From assembly GCA_028066355.1 (NCBI GenBank), contig JALCBP010000008.1:596-64595 (forward strand): 64,000 nt of DNA. The letters run 5' to 3'. Below the pieces are notes generated by a model, which was not told the DNA's origin, ran no database searches, and saw nothing but the letters and a program-made list of their open reading frames with translations. The DNA comes from Pirellulales bacterium. GTDB taxonomy: Bacteria; Planctomycetota; Planctomycetia; Pirellulales; UBA1268. Position numbers and translations under genes: made by a program. Every line of letters begins with the position of its first letter. Position 1 is the first letter of the stretch. Positions 46,221 through 56,159 of the stretch are shown here, piece by piece.

Positions 46221-47546
46221 ATGATCACGTACCTGAAATTAAAGTGGCTGCTAAACGACTCGTTGCTTTGTTGTGTTTTTCTTATTTTTTTACCATCAAC
46301 AGTCCGTGCGGAAGACTGGCCACAGACTCAAGGTAAAAACCGTGATAATAAATCAAAAGAAACTGGATTACTCAGCGAATGGCCTCAAGATGGTCCCTCA
46401 TTACTCTGGACATTTCGGCATTCTGGTGTTGGATACTCCGGGCCGGCTGTAGTCGGAGATCAAATTTATATCATGGGCGGCCGAAATGGTCGTGCAGAGT
46501 TGTTATCCATCAAGGCTACGAGTGGCGAACTCGTCTGGTCAAAGCCGTTTAATTCAAAGACATTTGATTTCGAGGGGAACTCTTGGGGGGCTGGCCCACG
46601 GGCTACACCAACCGTCGCAGGCGAGATGATCTATGCCTTGGCTGGTGATGGCGAACTAGCAGCGTTCAATACAAAAGGAGAAATCCAGTGGCAAAAAAAC
46701 ATGGTCAGCGACCTAGGGGGGGAAATCAGTATCGTAGATGCTGGTGAACCGGAGACGTATGGCTGGGGCTTTTGCTGGTCACCGCTCGTCGATAAAAACA
46801 AAGTCATTTGTGTACCCGGTGGCAGTCAAGGCATGGTTGCAGCATTGGATCGGGAAACAGGCGAGGTGATTTGGCGCAGCAAAAATCTGACCGACGCCGC
46901 AACGTATTCCTCACCAATCAAAGCCACTGTAGATGGCGTAGACACGTATATTGTAATGACTCAAAGCGGAATGGCAGGAATCGCTGCAAGCGACGGCGAG
47001 TTGCTGTGGAACTACAAACGCGATCAGCCTTATTCCGATGTAGTTATTCCCACCCCCGTTTATCACGACCGCTATGTATACGCGAGCGTAGGGTCAGCTG
47101 GATGCGACTTGATTAAGCTCGACAAACAAAGTGAGCTACGATTCGATGTCGCTAAAGTTTATTTTAGTCGTAACATGAAGAATGAACTTGGTGGCTTCGT
47201 TCTGCACAACGGACACATATACGGCAGTTCGGCACGACGTGGCTGGGTGTGTCAAACATTTGAAAATGGTGAACTCGAGTGGTACAGCAAGCGAGTACCT
47301 GATGCACTAGGCGAAGGATCCGTCGCATATGCAGACGGGCATCTGTACCTGTATGCGGAACGTGAGGCGGACGTGGCACTAATCGAGGCATTTCCAGAGG
47401 GTTACCGGGAAAAAGGTCGCTTTAAGCTGCCGGAAGAATCAAAGATGAGAGCACCGAGCGGCAAAAATTGGACACACCCGGTAATTGCCGGCGGAAAACT
47501 ATACCTGCGCGATCAGGAATTATTGTTCTGCTACGATATCGAGTAA
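46221..47546 (+). CDS. Secreted PQQ-like beta-propeller protein (paralogue 1 of the array)
   Basis: Signal peptide ending VRAEDWPQ, then repeated blades (ATSGELVWSK, NTKGEIQWQK, DRETGEVIWRS, ASDGELLWNY). Confidence 0.85.
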   Translation: MITYLKLKWLLNDSLLCCVFLIFLPSTVRAEDWPQTQGKNRDNKSKETGLLSEWPQDGPSLLWTFRHSGVGYSGPAVVGDQIYIMGGRNGRAELLSIKATSGELVWSKPFNSKTFDFEGNSWGAGPRATPTVAGEMIYALAGDGELAAFNTKGEIQWQKNMVSDLGGEISIVDAGEPETYGWGFCWSPLVDKNKVICVPGGSQGMVAALDRETGEVIWRSKNLTDAATYSSPIKATVDGVDTYIVMTQSGMAGIAASDGELLWNYKRDQPYSDVVIPTPVYHDRYVYASVGSAGCDLIKLDKQSELRFDVAKVYFSRNMKNELGGFVLHNGHIYGSSARRGWVCQTFENGELEWYSKRVPDALGEGSVAYADGHLYLYAEREADVALIEAFPEGYREKGRFKLPEESKMRAPSGKNWTHPVIAGGKLYLRDQELLFCYDIE

Positions 47547-47707
47547 TTCGTAGCGTAATAGAACTATTTATAAGTTTTGGCAGGACAAGACATTCTTGTG
47601 ATGGATTCGCAGTTCAAGTCTTTCTTATCTTGGGGCGTTGCTTTCTCATCTACTTCATTTTCGTTTGGAATAAACCGTAACATCATCATCTTATAAGAGT
47701 TTCACCA

Positions 47708-49942
47708 ATGAATGATCTTCGACTGCCAGCATTGCTTGCATTCCTTTTCTTTTTTTCCCACTCGGCGCCAGCTGCTGAATGGACAAACTGGCGTGGGCCA
47801 GAACGGAACGGTGTCTCACGCGAAACAGGCTTACCCAATGATGTTGAAGATGTTCTTTGGAAGAAAACCGATGTGAGCTGTCGTTCCACTCCGATTGTCA
47901 TGAACAACAAGGTCTATGTTGTTAGTAGGATCGGAGAAGAGGCGCATGAACAAGAACGTGTCGTCTGTATGGATGCCAAAACTGGTGACATTATCTGGGA
48001 ACATCGTTTTGGCATTTTCTTTACACCAATTGTGAGTGTCCGGCTTGGTTGGACCGTTCCATTCGGTGACCCAGAAACAGGGAATGTTTACGCTCATGGA
48101 ACACAAGGCTTATTATTCTGTTTTGATGGTGACACTGGAGAAGTCAAATGGCAGAAATCATTGACTGAAGAATTTGGCCGTATCACAGGATATGGAGGCC
48201 GGGTAACCAGCCCAATCGTAGAGGGTGAACTTGTCATCATTAGTATGATTAGTTCGAACTGGGGTGCTCATGGTGGCGGTGGAGTACGATTCCTTGCATT
48301 TGACAAGAACAACGGAGAGATGGTTTGGTGGAGTACGACTGGTATCCGGCCTTCCAACACATACCGTTGCGTCCCGGTTGTCACAACAATAAACGGACAG
48401 CGGATTTTAATCAGTGGTGGTGGCGATGGGAACTTACATGCATTTCAAGTGAATACCGGGAAAAAAATCTGGAGCTTTGAGTTTGGAAACGGAGCGATGA
48501 ATCCCTCACCCGTGGTTGATGGGACACGCCTATATGCTGCACACGGTGAGGAAATTCCCGGGCGTGCCACGGTTGGTCGAGTCGCTTGCTTGGATATTGG
48601 TGGCTCCGAGCCAAAAATCATTTGGGAGTTGGATGGTATCGAATTCAAATATCCCTCACCACTGCTGTACAACGGAACTCTATTTTTACCAGACCGACAG
48701 GGCAGGCTTTATTCCTTTGATGCAACCACCGGCGAGCGCTTATGGAGAGCTAAGTTCGGTCGCAACTGCACCGGTTCACCCACATATGGTGATGGCAAAA
48801 TCTACCTCAGCTCCGTTCATGGGTATTTCCATATTCTGGATGCCAACAACGATGGCAAGCGGATTTCACGAAAGCGTTTCCAGCCTGCTGATCCAAAGTT
48901 TGATGTTGAGGTACAGGGCTCCGCAGCGATTGCTAACGGGTGTGTTTATTTTGGTACAACTGAAGAATTCTATTGTCTTGGGAAATACCAACCGGTAGAA
49001 GTCCGCCTACCTCCACAACCGCCTATTCCATCTGCAAATCCGGGCGGGACACCAACTCAGCTGCAAGTTATTCCCGCCGAAGTAGCTCTGACGGCTGGTC
49101 AGCGTGTCAAATTCAAAGCGAAGCTTTTTGACGCAAATGGTCGGTTTATTAGATCGACACCGGTCGATTTAAAGTTGGCTGCAATGAAGTCAGGACCAGG
49201 CCTTGGAGAAGGCGCCACCCTACCTGTTTTGAAAGGTGCAATCGAAGGAACGGTATTCACTGCGCCAAATATACCGGGAGGTCAAAGCGGTAGTTTGCTC
49301 GCAACTGCCGATGGCTTGGAGACGAGTGTTCGTGTCCGGCAAGTTCCCACTCTGCCGTACTCTGAGGACTTTGAGCGAACCGGCCCGGGGCTTATCCCGG
49401 GAGGCTGGACCAACGCCCAGCTCCGATATGTCACAACCAAGCTAGATGACGGCAATACTGTATTGATGAAGACAGCCCGGATCGCAGTTCCGTTCTATCG
49501 TCAGTGGTATGGATTTATTGGCACACCTGAAATGGCAGGTTACACGATTTCCGCTGACGTGATGGGCGAGCAGGTGCGAGACAATCTTCCGAATATGGGA
49601 ATCACAGCGCATCGCTACATTCTGCAGCTTGTTGGCAACGAGCAGAAACTTCGAGTCTCGGCGTGGGATGCTGTACCGCGTGTTGCCAAAGAAACTCATT
49701 TCGACTGGGAGCCAAACACCTGGTATCGACTAAAGATGACCGTCAAGGCTGACGGAGATACCGCCCATGTGCTTGGAAAAGTTTGGAAAAAGAGTGATGC
49801 GGAACCATCTAGTTGGAATCTAACACTGACTGATGATAATCCTAATCGCACTGGACCTCCTGGAATCTACGGTTCCGCTCTCGGAATTCAACCGCCCAAA
49901 ACGGGCACACCGATCTATTACGACAACATTTTGGTTGAGTAA
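47708..49942 (+). CDS. Secreted PQQ-like beta-propeller protein with Ig-like (Big_2-type) and concanavalin/LamG-like C-terminal domains (paralogue 2)
   Basis: Signal peptide ...SAPAAEWTNWRG, blades (DAKTGDIIWEH, DGDTGEVKWQK, DATTGERLWRA), then LQVIPAEVALTAGQRVKFKAKLFDANG and a roughly 200-aa beta-sandwich-like tail. Confidence 0.85.
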   Translation: MNDLRLPALLAFLFFFSHSAPAAEWTNWRGPERNGVSRETGLPNDVEDVLWKKTDVSCRSTPIVMNNKVYVVSRIGEEAHEQERVVCMDAKTGDIIWEHRFGIFFTPIVSVRLGWTVPFGDPETGNVYAHGTQGLLFCFDGDTGEVKWQKSLTEEFGRITGYGGRVTSPIVEGELVIISMISSNWGAHGGGGVRFLAFDKNNGEMVWWSTTGIRPSNTYRCVPVVTTINGQRILISGGGDGNLHAFQVNTGKKIWSFEFGNGAMNPSPVVDGTRLYAAHGEEIPGRATVGRVACLDIGGSEPKIIWELDGIEFKYPSPLLYNGTLFLPDRQGRLYSFDATTGERLWRAKFGRNCTGSPTYGDGKIYLSSVHGYFHILDANNDGKRISRKRFQPADPKFDVEVQGSAAIANGCVYFGTTEEFYCLGKYQPVEVRLPPQPPIPSANPGGTPTQLQVIPAEVALTAGQRVKFKAKLFDANGRFIRSTPVDLKLAAMKSGPGLGEGATLPVLKGAIEGTVFTAPNIPGGQSGSLLATADGLETSVRVRQVPTLPYSEDFERTGPGLIPGGWTNAQLRYVTTKLDDGNTVLMKTARIAVPFYRQWYGFIGTPEMAGYTISADVMGEQVRDNLPNMGITAHRYILQLVGNEQKLRVSAWDAVPRVAKETHFDWEPNTWYRLKMTVKADGDTAHVLGKVWKKSDAEPSSWNLTLTDDNPNRTGPPGIYGSALGIQPPKTGTPIYYDNILVE

Positions 49943-50001
49943 ACCAAAATTGCCTTCCACCATACAAATATCCTCGTACCCTATCTGTTGAGTCAAACAA
50001 C

Positions 50002-51555
50002 ATGCGTAATATTGTTAAAAAAATAATTCTACTTTCAATTGCATTGCTTCTTTTTGCACCCGTGGCCCGATTGCACGCTGAGGATCAGCCAGACCTTTTG
50101 GAACTTCCGGTAAAAGACTGGTTGATGTACGGCGGCCATCTAAAGCGCAACTTTGCAAATCCACTGGCCAAGACACTCCCTGAATCTTGGGACATCCGTG
50201 ATGGAACAAATGTTGCCTTCTCAATTCAACTTGGTTCACGCGCTTATGGTGGCCCAGTGATGAGTGACGGCCGAATCTTGATTGGCACAAATAACGAATT
50301 CCCTCGAGATCCATCAGTCGATGGTGACAAAGGTGTAATGATGTGCTTTAGCGATAAAGATGGTGAATTTCTCTGGCAGATTGTTCATGACAAACTAGCA
50401 GCAGGACGCGTCTGGGACTGGCCACAGCAAGGCATTTGTTCGACACCATGTATAGAAGGGGACCGTTTCTATTACGTTGGGAATCGGTGTGAGGTTATTT
50501 GTGCTGACATAAATACGGGAGAAACCCATTGGAAGTTGGACATGATTGGCGAGTTGAATGTTTTCCCACATAACATAGCGACATGCTCACCAATGATTGT
50601 TGACGACACACTGTTTCTCGTAACCAGCAACGGAGTTGACGCAGCACATTTACGTGTTCCATCAGAAGACAAGCCAAGCTTTCTGGCGCTAAGCAAAAAA
50701 GATGGCAGTGTGCTCTGGTCTAGTAATCTTCCTGGTCAATCGCGGCGAAACATAATGCACGGGCAGTGGTCGAATCCAACTTATGCTCATCCGGCGGGTA
50801 AGCCGCAAGTTATTTTTCCAGGTGGTGATGGCTGGATTTACAGTTTCAATCCGGCTGGAGATCTACTTTGGAAATTTGATTGCAACCCAAAAGATGCCAT
50901 CTATCGACTTGGTGGCCGTGGGACTGCGAACGATTTTGTTGGAACTCCAGTAATCTATAAAGACAAGCTTTTCATTGCTGTTGGGCAAGACCCAGAACAT
51001 GACACAGGTGTTGGACATCTTTACTGCATCGATATTACTAAAGTTCCAACGCGTGCAGACAAAGATGTTTCGCCGACGCTGGCTACATATGAACCAGAAT
51101 TTGATGAACAAATCAATCCTGACTCGGCTCAAGTCTGGCACTACGGTGGACCTGTCACAGATGATAAGCCAAGCCCCACTGATGAGACTTACTACTTTGG
51201 TCGATCAATGTCGACATGCGCAATAATGGACGACATCCTCTACATCACTGAACTGGGTGGCCATGTTCACTGCTTGGACGCTAACACTGGTAGGCTCTAT
51301 TGGACTGAAAATATGTTCGCAAATACTTGGGCATCTCCATGTGTTGCCGACGGCAAGGTTTTTGTAGGGAATGACGACGGCATCATGTATGTCTTCAAGC
51401 ACGGCAAGGAGATGGAACTTCTGTCTGAAATTGAGCATGAAGATGGAACCAAACTTCGTACGACACCTGTCGCCGCAAATGGTCGACTGTACTACATGAG
51501 TGAAAGCCCAACAAAACTTTGGGTAATAGAGTCGAAAACAAACAGTAAAAATTAG
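50002..51555 (+). CDS. Secreted PQQ-like beta-propeller protein (paralogue 3)
   Basis: Signal peptide. Blades (DINTGETHWKL, KKDGSVLWSS, PAGDLLWKF, DANTGRLYWTE). Collinear with paralogue 4. Confidence 0.85.
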   Translation: MRNIVKKIILLSIALLLFAPVARLHAEDQPDLLELPVKDWLMYGGHLKRNFANPLAKTLPESWDIRDGTNVAFSIQLGSRAYGGPVMSDGRILIGTNNEFPRDPSVDGDKGVMMCFSDKDGEFLWQIVHDKLAAGRVWDWPQQGICSTPCIEGDRFYYVGNRCEVICADINTGETHWKLDMIGELNVFPHNIATCSPMIVDDTLFLVTSNGVDAAHLRVPSEDKPSFLALSKKDGSVLWSSNLPGQSRRNIMHGQWSNPTYAHPAGKPQVIFPGGDGWIYSFNPAGDLLWKFDCNPKDAIYRLGGRGTANDFVGTPVIYKDKLFIAVGQDPEHDTGVGHLYCIDITKVPTRADKDVSPTLATYEPEFDEQINPDSAQVWHYGGPVTDDKPSPTDETYYFGRSMSTCAIMDDILYITELGGHVHCLDANTGRLYWTENMFANTWASPCVADGKVFVGNDDGIMYVFKHGKEMELLSEIEHEDGTKLRTTPVAANGRLYYMSESPTKLWVIESKTNSKN

Positions 51556-51604
51556 TTGCACTCATACCCTTTGGATATCGGTGTGTCGTAGTGGAGGCCA
51601 TGCA

Positions 51605-53260
51605 GTGAGATTTCTAACTATTCTTTTTTTCCTTACAGGGCTAGCTTTTTCCACATTTGAAATAGCTTTCGCCAAGGATTGGAACCAGTGGGGCGGTTCA
51701 CCTCACAGAAATAATGTGTCTGCGGCTACCAACATGCCGACGGAATGGGAGCCTGGTGATTTTGACTATAAGACAGGTCAATGGCAGGCAGATACGAGCA
51801 AGAATATTGCATGGGTAGCGGCACTTGGTAGCCAGAGCTACGGCAACCCAGTCGTTTCAAATGGGAAAATATTTGTAGGAACGAATAATGGGCATGGTTG
51901 GATCGAACGATATCCTGCAGATGTGGACTTAGGCTGCCTTATTGCCTTTGATATTACCAACGGGGCATTCCTATGGCAGGATTCAAGTGAGAAGCTTCCA
52001 ACAGGTCGAGTGCACGACTGGCCACTTCAGGGAATCTGTTGCTCACCTTTGGTGGAGGGTGACCGGCTCTGGTATGTGACGAGTCGTGGCGAGGTTAAAT
52101 GCCTCGACACAGAAGGTTTTCACGATGGTGAGAATGATGGGCCTTTCATCAACGAGACAACAGATAGCAAGTCTGAGGCCGATGTTGTATGGGTTTTCAA
52201 CATGATGACCGAACTAGGAGTTTCGCAGCACAACATGTGTTCATGTAGTGTTACCGGGGCAGGCAATCTGCTCTTTGTAAATACCAGCAATGGAGTCGAT
52301 GAAGGACACATCAGCCTGCCAAACCCAGACGCTCCGAGCTTTATATGTGTTGATAAGAGAGATGGCAAAGTCTTATGGTCGGATGCTTCGCCTGGCGCAA
52401 ATGTCCTTCACGGTCAATGGTCAAGTCCCGGATACGCAGAAGTTGACGGGATACCGCAAGTCTTTTTTGGCGGTGGTGACGGCTGGGTTTATGGCTTTGA
52501 TGCACGTGGAGATGGAAACGGTGGCTCAAAACTCCTTTGGCAATTTGATTGCAATCCGAAAGAGTCTACATATTCGCTGGGTGGACGTGCCGACCGAAAC
52601 CATATCATCGGAACACCAGTTTTTCACAAGGGACTCGTTTACATAGCTGTTGGTGAAGACCCAGAACATGGTGAAGGATCAGGTCATCTGTGGTGCATCG
52701 ACCCAACAAAACGAGATGACACAAGCCCCGAACTTGCTATCAGCTTAGAGGCTCCAGACACGCCACTTCCGCATCGTCGTCTCCAGGCAGTGAACACTGA
52801 AAATGGTGAGGCGGCAATCCCCAACCCTAATTCAGCAGCCGTTTGGCATTATCCAGGATTTGATGCTGATGGAAATGGAAAACTCAGTTTTGAGGAAACA
52901 ATGCACCGCACTTGCGGCACGGTTGCAATACAAGATGGCTTACTCTTTGTGGCAGATTTTAGTGGCCTTTTCCACTGTCTTGATGTCACAACGGGAAAAC
53001 CTTATTGGACATATGACATGCTAGCTGCGAGTTGGGGATCTCCTCTTCTTGTTGATGGCAAAGTCTATATTGGCGATGAGGATGGAGACGTTTGTATTTT
53101 CAAACTGTCGAAAGAAATGGACCTGGTCGCAGAAATCAACATGGGAAATAGTGTTTACTCTACTCCAATTGTAGCTAATGAAACACTTTACATCGCGAAT
53201 CGCAGTCATCTTTTTGCAATCAGAGAAGGCGCAGAGCCTGTGCAGAAATTGGCTGACTGA
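51605..53260 (+). CDS. Secreted PQQ-like beta-propeller protein with an EF-hand-type loop (paralogue 4)
   Basis: GGAGG lies 7 nt upstream of the GTG at 51605 (the listed ORF starts at 51581). Signal peptide. Collinear with paralogue 3. DADGNGKLSFEE loop. Confidence 0.85.
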   Translation: MRFLTILFFLTGLAFSTFEIAFAKDWNQWGGSPHRNNVSAATNMPTEWEPGDFDYKTGQWQADTSKNIAWVAALGSQSYGNPVVSNGKIFVGTNNGHGWIERYPADVDLGCLIAFDITNGAFLWQDSSEKLPTGRVHDWPLQGICCSPLVEGDRLWYVTSRGEVKCLDTEGFHDGENDGPFINETTDSKSEADVVWVFNMMTELGVSQHNMCSCSVTGAGNLLFVNTSNGVDEGHISLPNPDAPSFICVDKRDGKVLWSDASPGANVLHGQWSSPGYAEVDGIPQVFFGGGDGWVYGFDARGDGNGGSKLLWQFDCNPKESTYSLGGRADRNHIIGTPVFHKGLVYIAVGEDPEHGEGSGHLWCIDPTKRDDTSPELAISLEAPDTPLPHRRLQAVNTENGEAAIPNPNSAAVWHYPGFDADGNGKLSFEETMHRTCGTVAIQDGLLFVADFSGLFHCLDVTTGKPYWTYDMLAASWGSPLLVDGKVYIGDEDGDVCIFKLSKEMDLVAEINMGNSVYSTPIVANETLYIANRSHLFAIREGAEPVQKLAD

Positions 53261-53273
53261 AGTTGTGTCGATT

Positions 53274-54233
53274 ATGAAATTTCAAAGACACTTACGGTCA
53301 GCTGCATTACACTTTTTCGCATGTGCTTGGCTTTTCACTGCTGCTATGCATGGACTCAGTGCTGCCAGTCCGAACACAACAACTGCATCAACTCTTCGCC
53401 AATTACTCATCGAATCTGATAGAGTTGTTTTCCTTGGTGACTCAATCACCTTTAATGGTCGTTGGGTTTCCTATCTCACATGCTGGATGGAGTCAGCGGG
53501 CACTAAAGCCCGAGTAATCAATATGGCTCTTCCCAGTGAAACCGTTTCGGGGCTTTCAGAAAACGGACATGCCGGTGGAAAATTCCCACGGCCTGATTTG
53601 CATGAGCGACTAGACAGGGTGCTACGGATCAGTCGGCCAGACGTCGTGCTGGCCTGTTATGGCATGAACTGCGGTATTTATCAGCCTTTTGACACTGAAC
53701 GATTTAAGAAATTTCGTGAAGGCAGTATTCGTCTTCATGAAAAAGTAGAGGGTATGGGAGCCCAGATCATTCATCTCACTCCACCTGTCTACGATCAACG
53801 CCAGGACAAACATGGTCCAGCTGGGCCAATCGACTACGAGCATGTTCTTGAACAATACTCTAATTGGTTGGTCTCAAAACAAGGAAGCGGATGGATGGTC
53901 ATAGATGTCCACAGCTCAATGAAAGAAACACTGAAAGTGACTCGCTTGGCAAATCCTTCATTTATTTTTGCTCAGGACACAGTCCACCCCGGGCATGAAG
54001 GGCACTGGGCAATTTGTCGAGCCATACTGGACAACGTCGGTGTCCCAGAATCGTGGAACACCAAAAAGACAGACCGACTGTTACCGCGTGTCTTAAAGAG
54101 GCTCGAGATACTTCGTAACGCCTACATTTCAGCTGCCGGCCATACTCGACCTGGTGTTCCTCAAGGGCTTCCAATTGATGAAGCAATTACCGAAGCTAAC
54201 CGGCTCACAGCACTTATTCGTTCAGCTAAGTAA
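53274..54233 (+). CDS. Secreted SGNH/GDSL-family hydrolase
   Basis: ATG at 53274, 13 nt after the preceding stop. Signal peptide. Block I VVFLGDSIT, GMNCG, block V DTVHPG. Confidence 0.85.
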   Translation: MKFQRHLRSAALHFFACAWLFTAAMHGLSAASPNTTTASTLRQLLIESDRVVFLGDSITFNGRWVSYLTCWMESAGTKARVINMALPSETVSGLSENGHAGGKFPRPDLHERLDRVLRISRPDVVLACYGMNCGIYQPFDTERFKKFREGSIRLHEKVEGMGAQIIHLTPPVYDQRQDKHGPAGPIDYEHVLEQYSNWLVSKQGSGWMVIDVHSSMKETLKVTRLANPSFIFAQDTVHPGHEGHWAICRAILDNVGVPESWNTKKTDRLLPRVLKRLEILRNAYISAAGHTRPGVPQGLPIDEAITEANRLTALIRSAK

Positions 54234-54239
54234 TCAGCC

Positions 54240-56159
54240 TTACTTTTGGTCAACAAGAAGAAAATCATGCGTCCATAGATGACTCAGTCTTTGATCTGAT
54301 TGCGCTGATGCGCTCTCATCTTTTTTTCGCCACCCAACTGCCATCCATCCATCTTTACGAGCTTCGAGTTGTTCCATTGGCAATGGGCCTGCAGCAGCAA
54401 GCTGATCAGGGAGTTCAAGTGACTCAATATCAACAACTTCTTTAAACACTTTCCCAAAACGTTTTTGAAGAATTCGGCGCAGCGAGGTTTCAGAAACACT
54501 CAGCTTTTTATCTCCACCAGGAACGAATCCCGGAGGATAAATCTGCACATCACCTTCGCGAACAAGGCGAATGCTAGCACCTGCCGCATCAATTTTGTAT
54601 GCAACCGAGATATCCATTGCAGGAAATGACCGGTCACCTGATGTATAACGACTTCCCCGAATTGTAAGTTTGAAGCTCCCATCATTTGCATTTATTTCCA
54701 CCGGCTTCTTTTTTGCAAATGTGATTGACCACGGTGGCTGGTTAGGATCACTCGTCAATGAGTCCGGCAATTCGCCATCTCGCTCTTTTAACTGCTCTTC
54801 GACAAACTCCTGCGTAATTGTTCGGCCGGCAAGGGTAATCTCACTAGCATTGTTTACAAGCGTCTCGTGTATACGAACTGAAAGAATTGCATCATCATCC
54901 ACTTTGGGAGGATCAGTAAATGCCGCAATTTGATCACGAAGTGCTTTTCGACCAACAACCTTTAGTTTTTCATTTGTGCTACTCATCCGAAGTAACTCCG
55001 GATACCAGCCGCGAGCCTTTAAAGGCTGTCGAAATTTGTACTCGTAATCTCGTGATGCCTTGCTGATTGCCTCCGCCGTCTCAGCTTCAAATTCACGACG
55101 CACCCTCTCTTGGGCGCGTCTTTCACTAATTGCTTCAATTTTTGGTTTCATCTGAGAAACCTTTTTTGAGGCAACACGACGGATAAAATTTTTGCCAAAC
55201 CGGCTTCTAATGCCCATTCCTGTCATTCTTGTTCTTGTCGACGCTGACGCGATGGTCGGATCAGCCCACACACGCTCGTCGTCGATATATATCCGTTTCT
55301 GGGCCGATAATTCAGTTACCCCTTCCGAACATACCGTAACCGGTCCTTTTGTGCTCCTGGTATTCGCTAAATTTGTCGCCTGAAACGATAACTGCGCCAC
55401 TGCTCGCTGTGAAGAAGGCAGAAAGTCAAGGAGTACCATTCCGCTCGTGTGACCAGTGCCACGGACTGGCGTTCCTAACACGACTTCATTTACTGGAGCC
55501 GTACGATCCACGATACGATTAACCGCTGATGACAGCAGGCTTTCGTTAACGCTCATATAGAGATTTGGACGGTCAACTGCGCTCCGTATCCTCGCCACAA
55601 GCCCAGACGCCTGACGAGACTCTATTAACCGAGCTAGGAGAGGACCGACACCATCAAGAGACTTTGGAGTTTTGTCCTTCGCTGCGTTTTGAACCAAATC
55701 ACCGAGTTTCTGAATTCTTTTCGTATACGTTTCAGCTGCTTGGTCATTTGTCGCCGCTACAGCAACTTCAATTGCAGCAGCGAGGGCTCGACGAACTGCG
55801 ACAAACTGGTACATCTCCAGCCCATCTTCGTTCGCATTAAATCGGCGGTAAAGCTTCAGCAAAGCACTCACATCAAGTTTCTGTCCTGAGTCTGCTTGAG
55901 ACTCAAGTAATGGCCAGTCAAGATAGTCCCGCCAGTCAACACCACTTTTGCTTTCAGATAGCAGTTCATCCAATGGTTTAAGCGTTTCACCAAGGTGGGC
56001 CGCTGCTTCAACAAGAGCGTCTTCATTCGGCTTTTGAAATGGTGGTACTTCACCAAGTGGCTCTTTACGAAAGTCTGTAATATCTGCTCCTCGGCAGTTG
56101 CCCAGAACATTGATACAAGAAAAAGAGACGACAAAAATTATGGCAGCATGACGAAGCAT
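54240..56159 (-). CDS. Large secreted hypothetical protein (639 aa)
   Basis: Signal peptide (MLRHAAIIFVVSFSCINVLGNCRGAD). Long uninterrupted ORF with protein-like composition. No motif recognised. Confidence 0.65.
   Translation of the reverse strand: MLRHAAIIFVVSFSCINVLGNCRGADITDFRKEPLGEVPPFQKPNEDALVEAAAHLGETLKPLDELLSESKSGVDWRDYLDWPLLESQADSGQKLDVSALLKLYRRFNANEDGLEMYQFVAVRRALAAAIEVAVAATNDQAAETYTKRIQKLGDLVQNAAKDKTPKSLDGVGPLLARLIESRQASGLVARIRSAVDRPNLYMSVNESLLSSAVNRIVDRTAPVNEVVLGTPVRGTGHTSGMVLLDFLPSSQRAVAQLSFQATNLANTRSTKGPVTVCSEGVTELSAQKRIYIDDERVWADPTIASASTRTRMTGMGIRSRFGKNFIRRVASKKVSQMKPKIEAISERRAQERVRREFEAETAEAISKASRDYEYKFRQPLKARGWYPELLRMSSTNEKLKVVGRKALRDQIAAFTDPPKVDDDAILSVRIHETLVNNASEITLAGRTITQEFVEEQLKERDGELPDSLTSDPNQPPWSITFAKKKPVEINANDGSFKLTIRGSRYTSGDRSFPAMDISVAYKIDAAGASIRLVREGDVQIYPPGFVPGGDKKLSVSETSLRRILQKRFGKVFKEVVDIESLELPDQLAAAGPLPMEQLEARKDGWMAVGWRKKDESASAQSDQRLSHLWTHDFLLVDQK

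Noticed and set aside
46221-53260. Calling the propeller proteins PQQ-dependent dehydrogenases
   Set aside because: Only the generic propeller repeat is recognisable. I saw no haem c motif and cannot verify PQQ/Ca2+ ligands by eye. A vicinal CC occurs only in paralogue 4 (GICCSPL) and is not conserved in paralogue 3. I kept the neutral call 'PQQ-like beta-propeller'.
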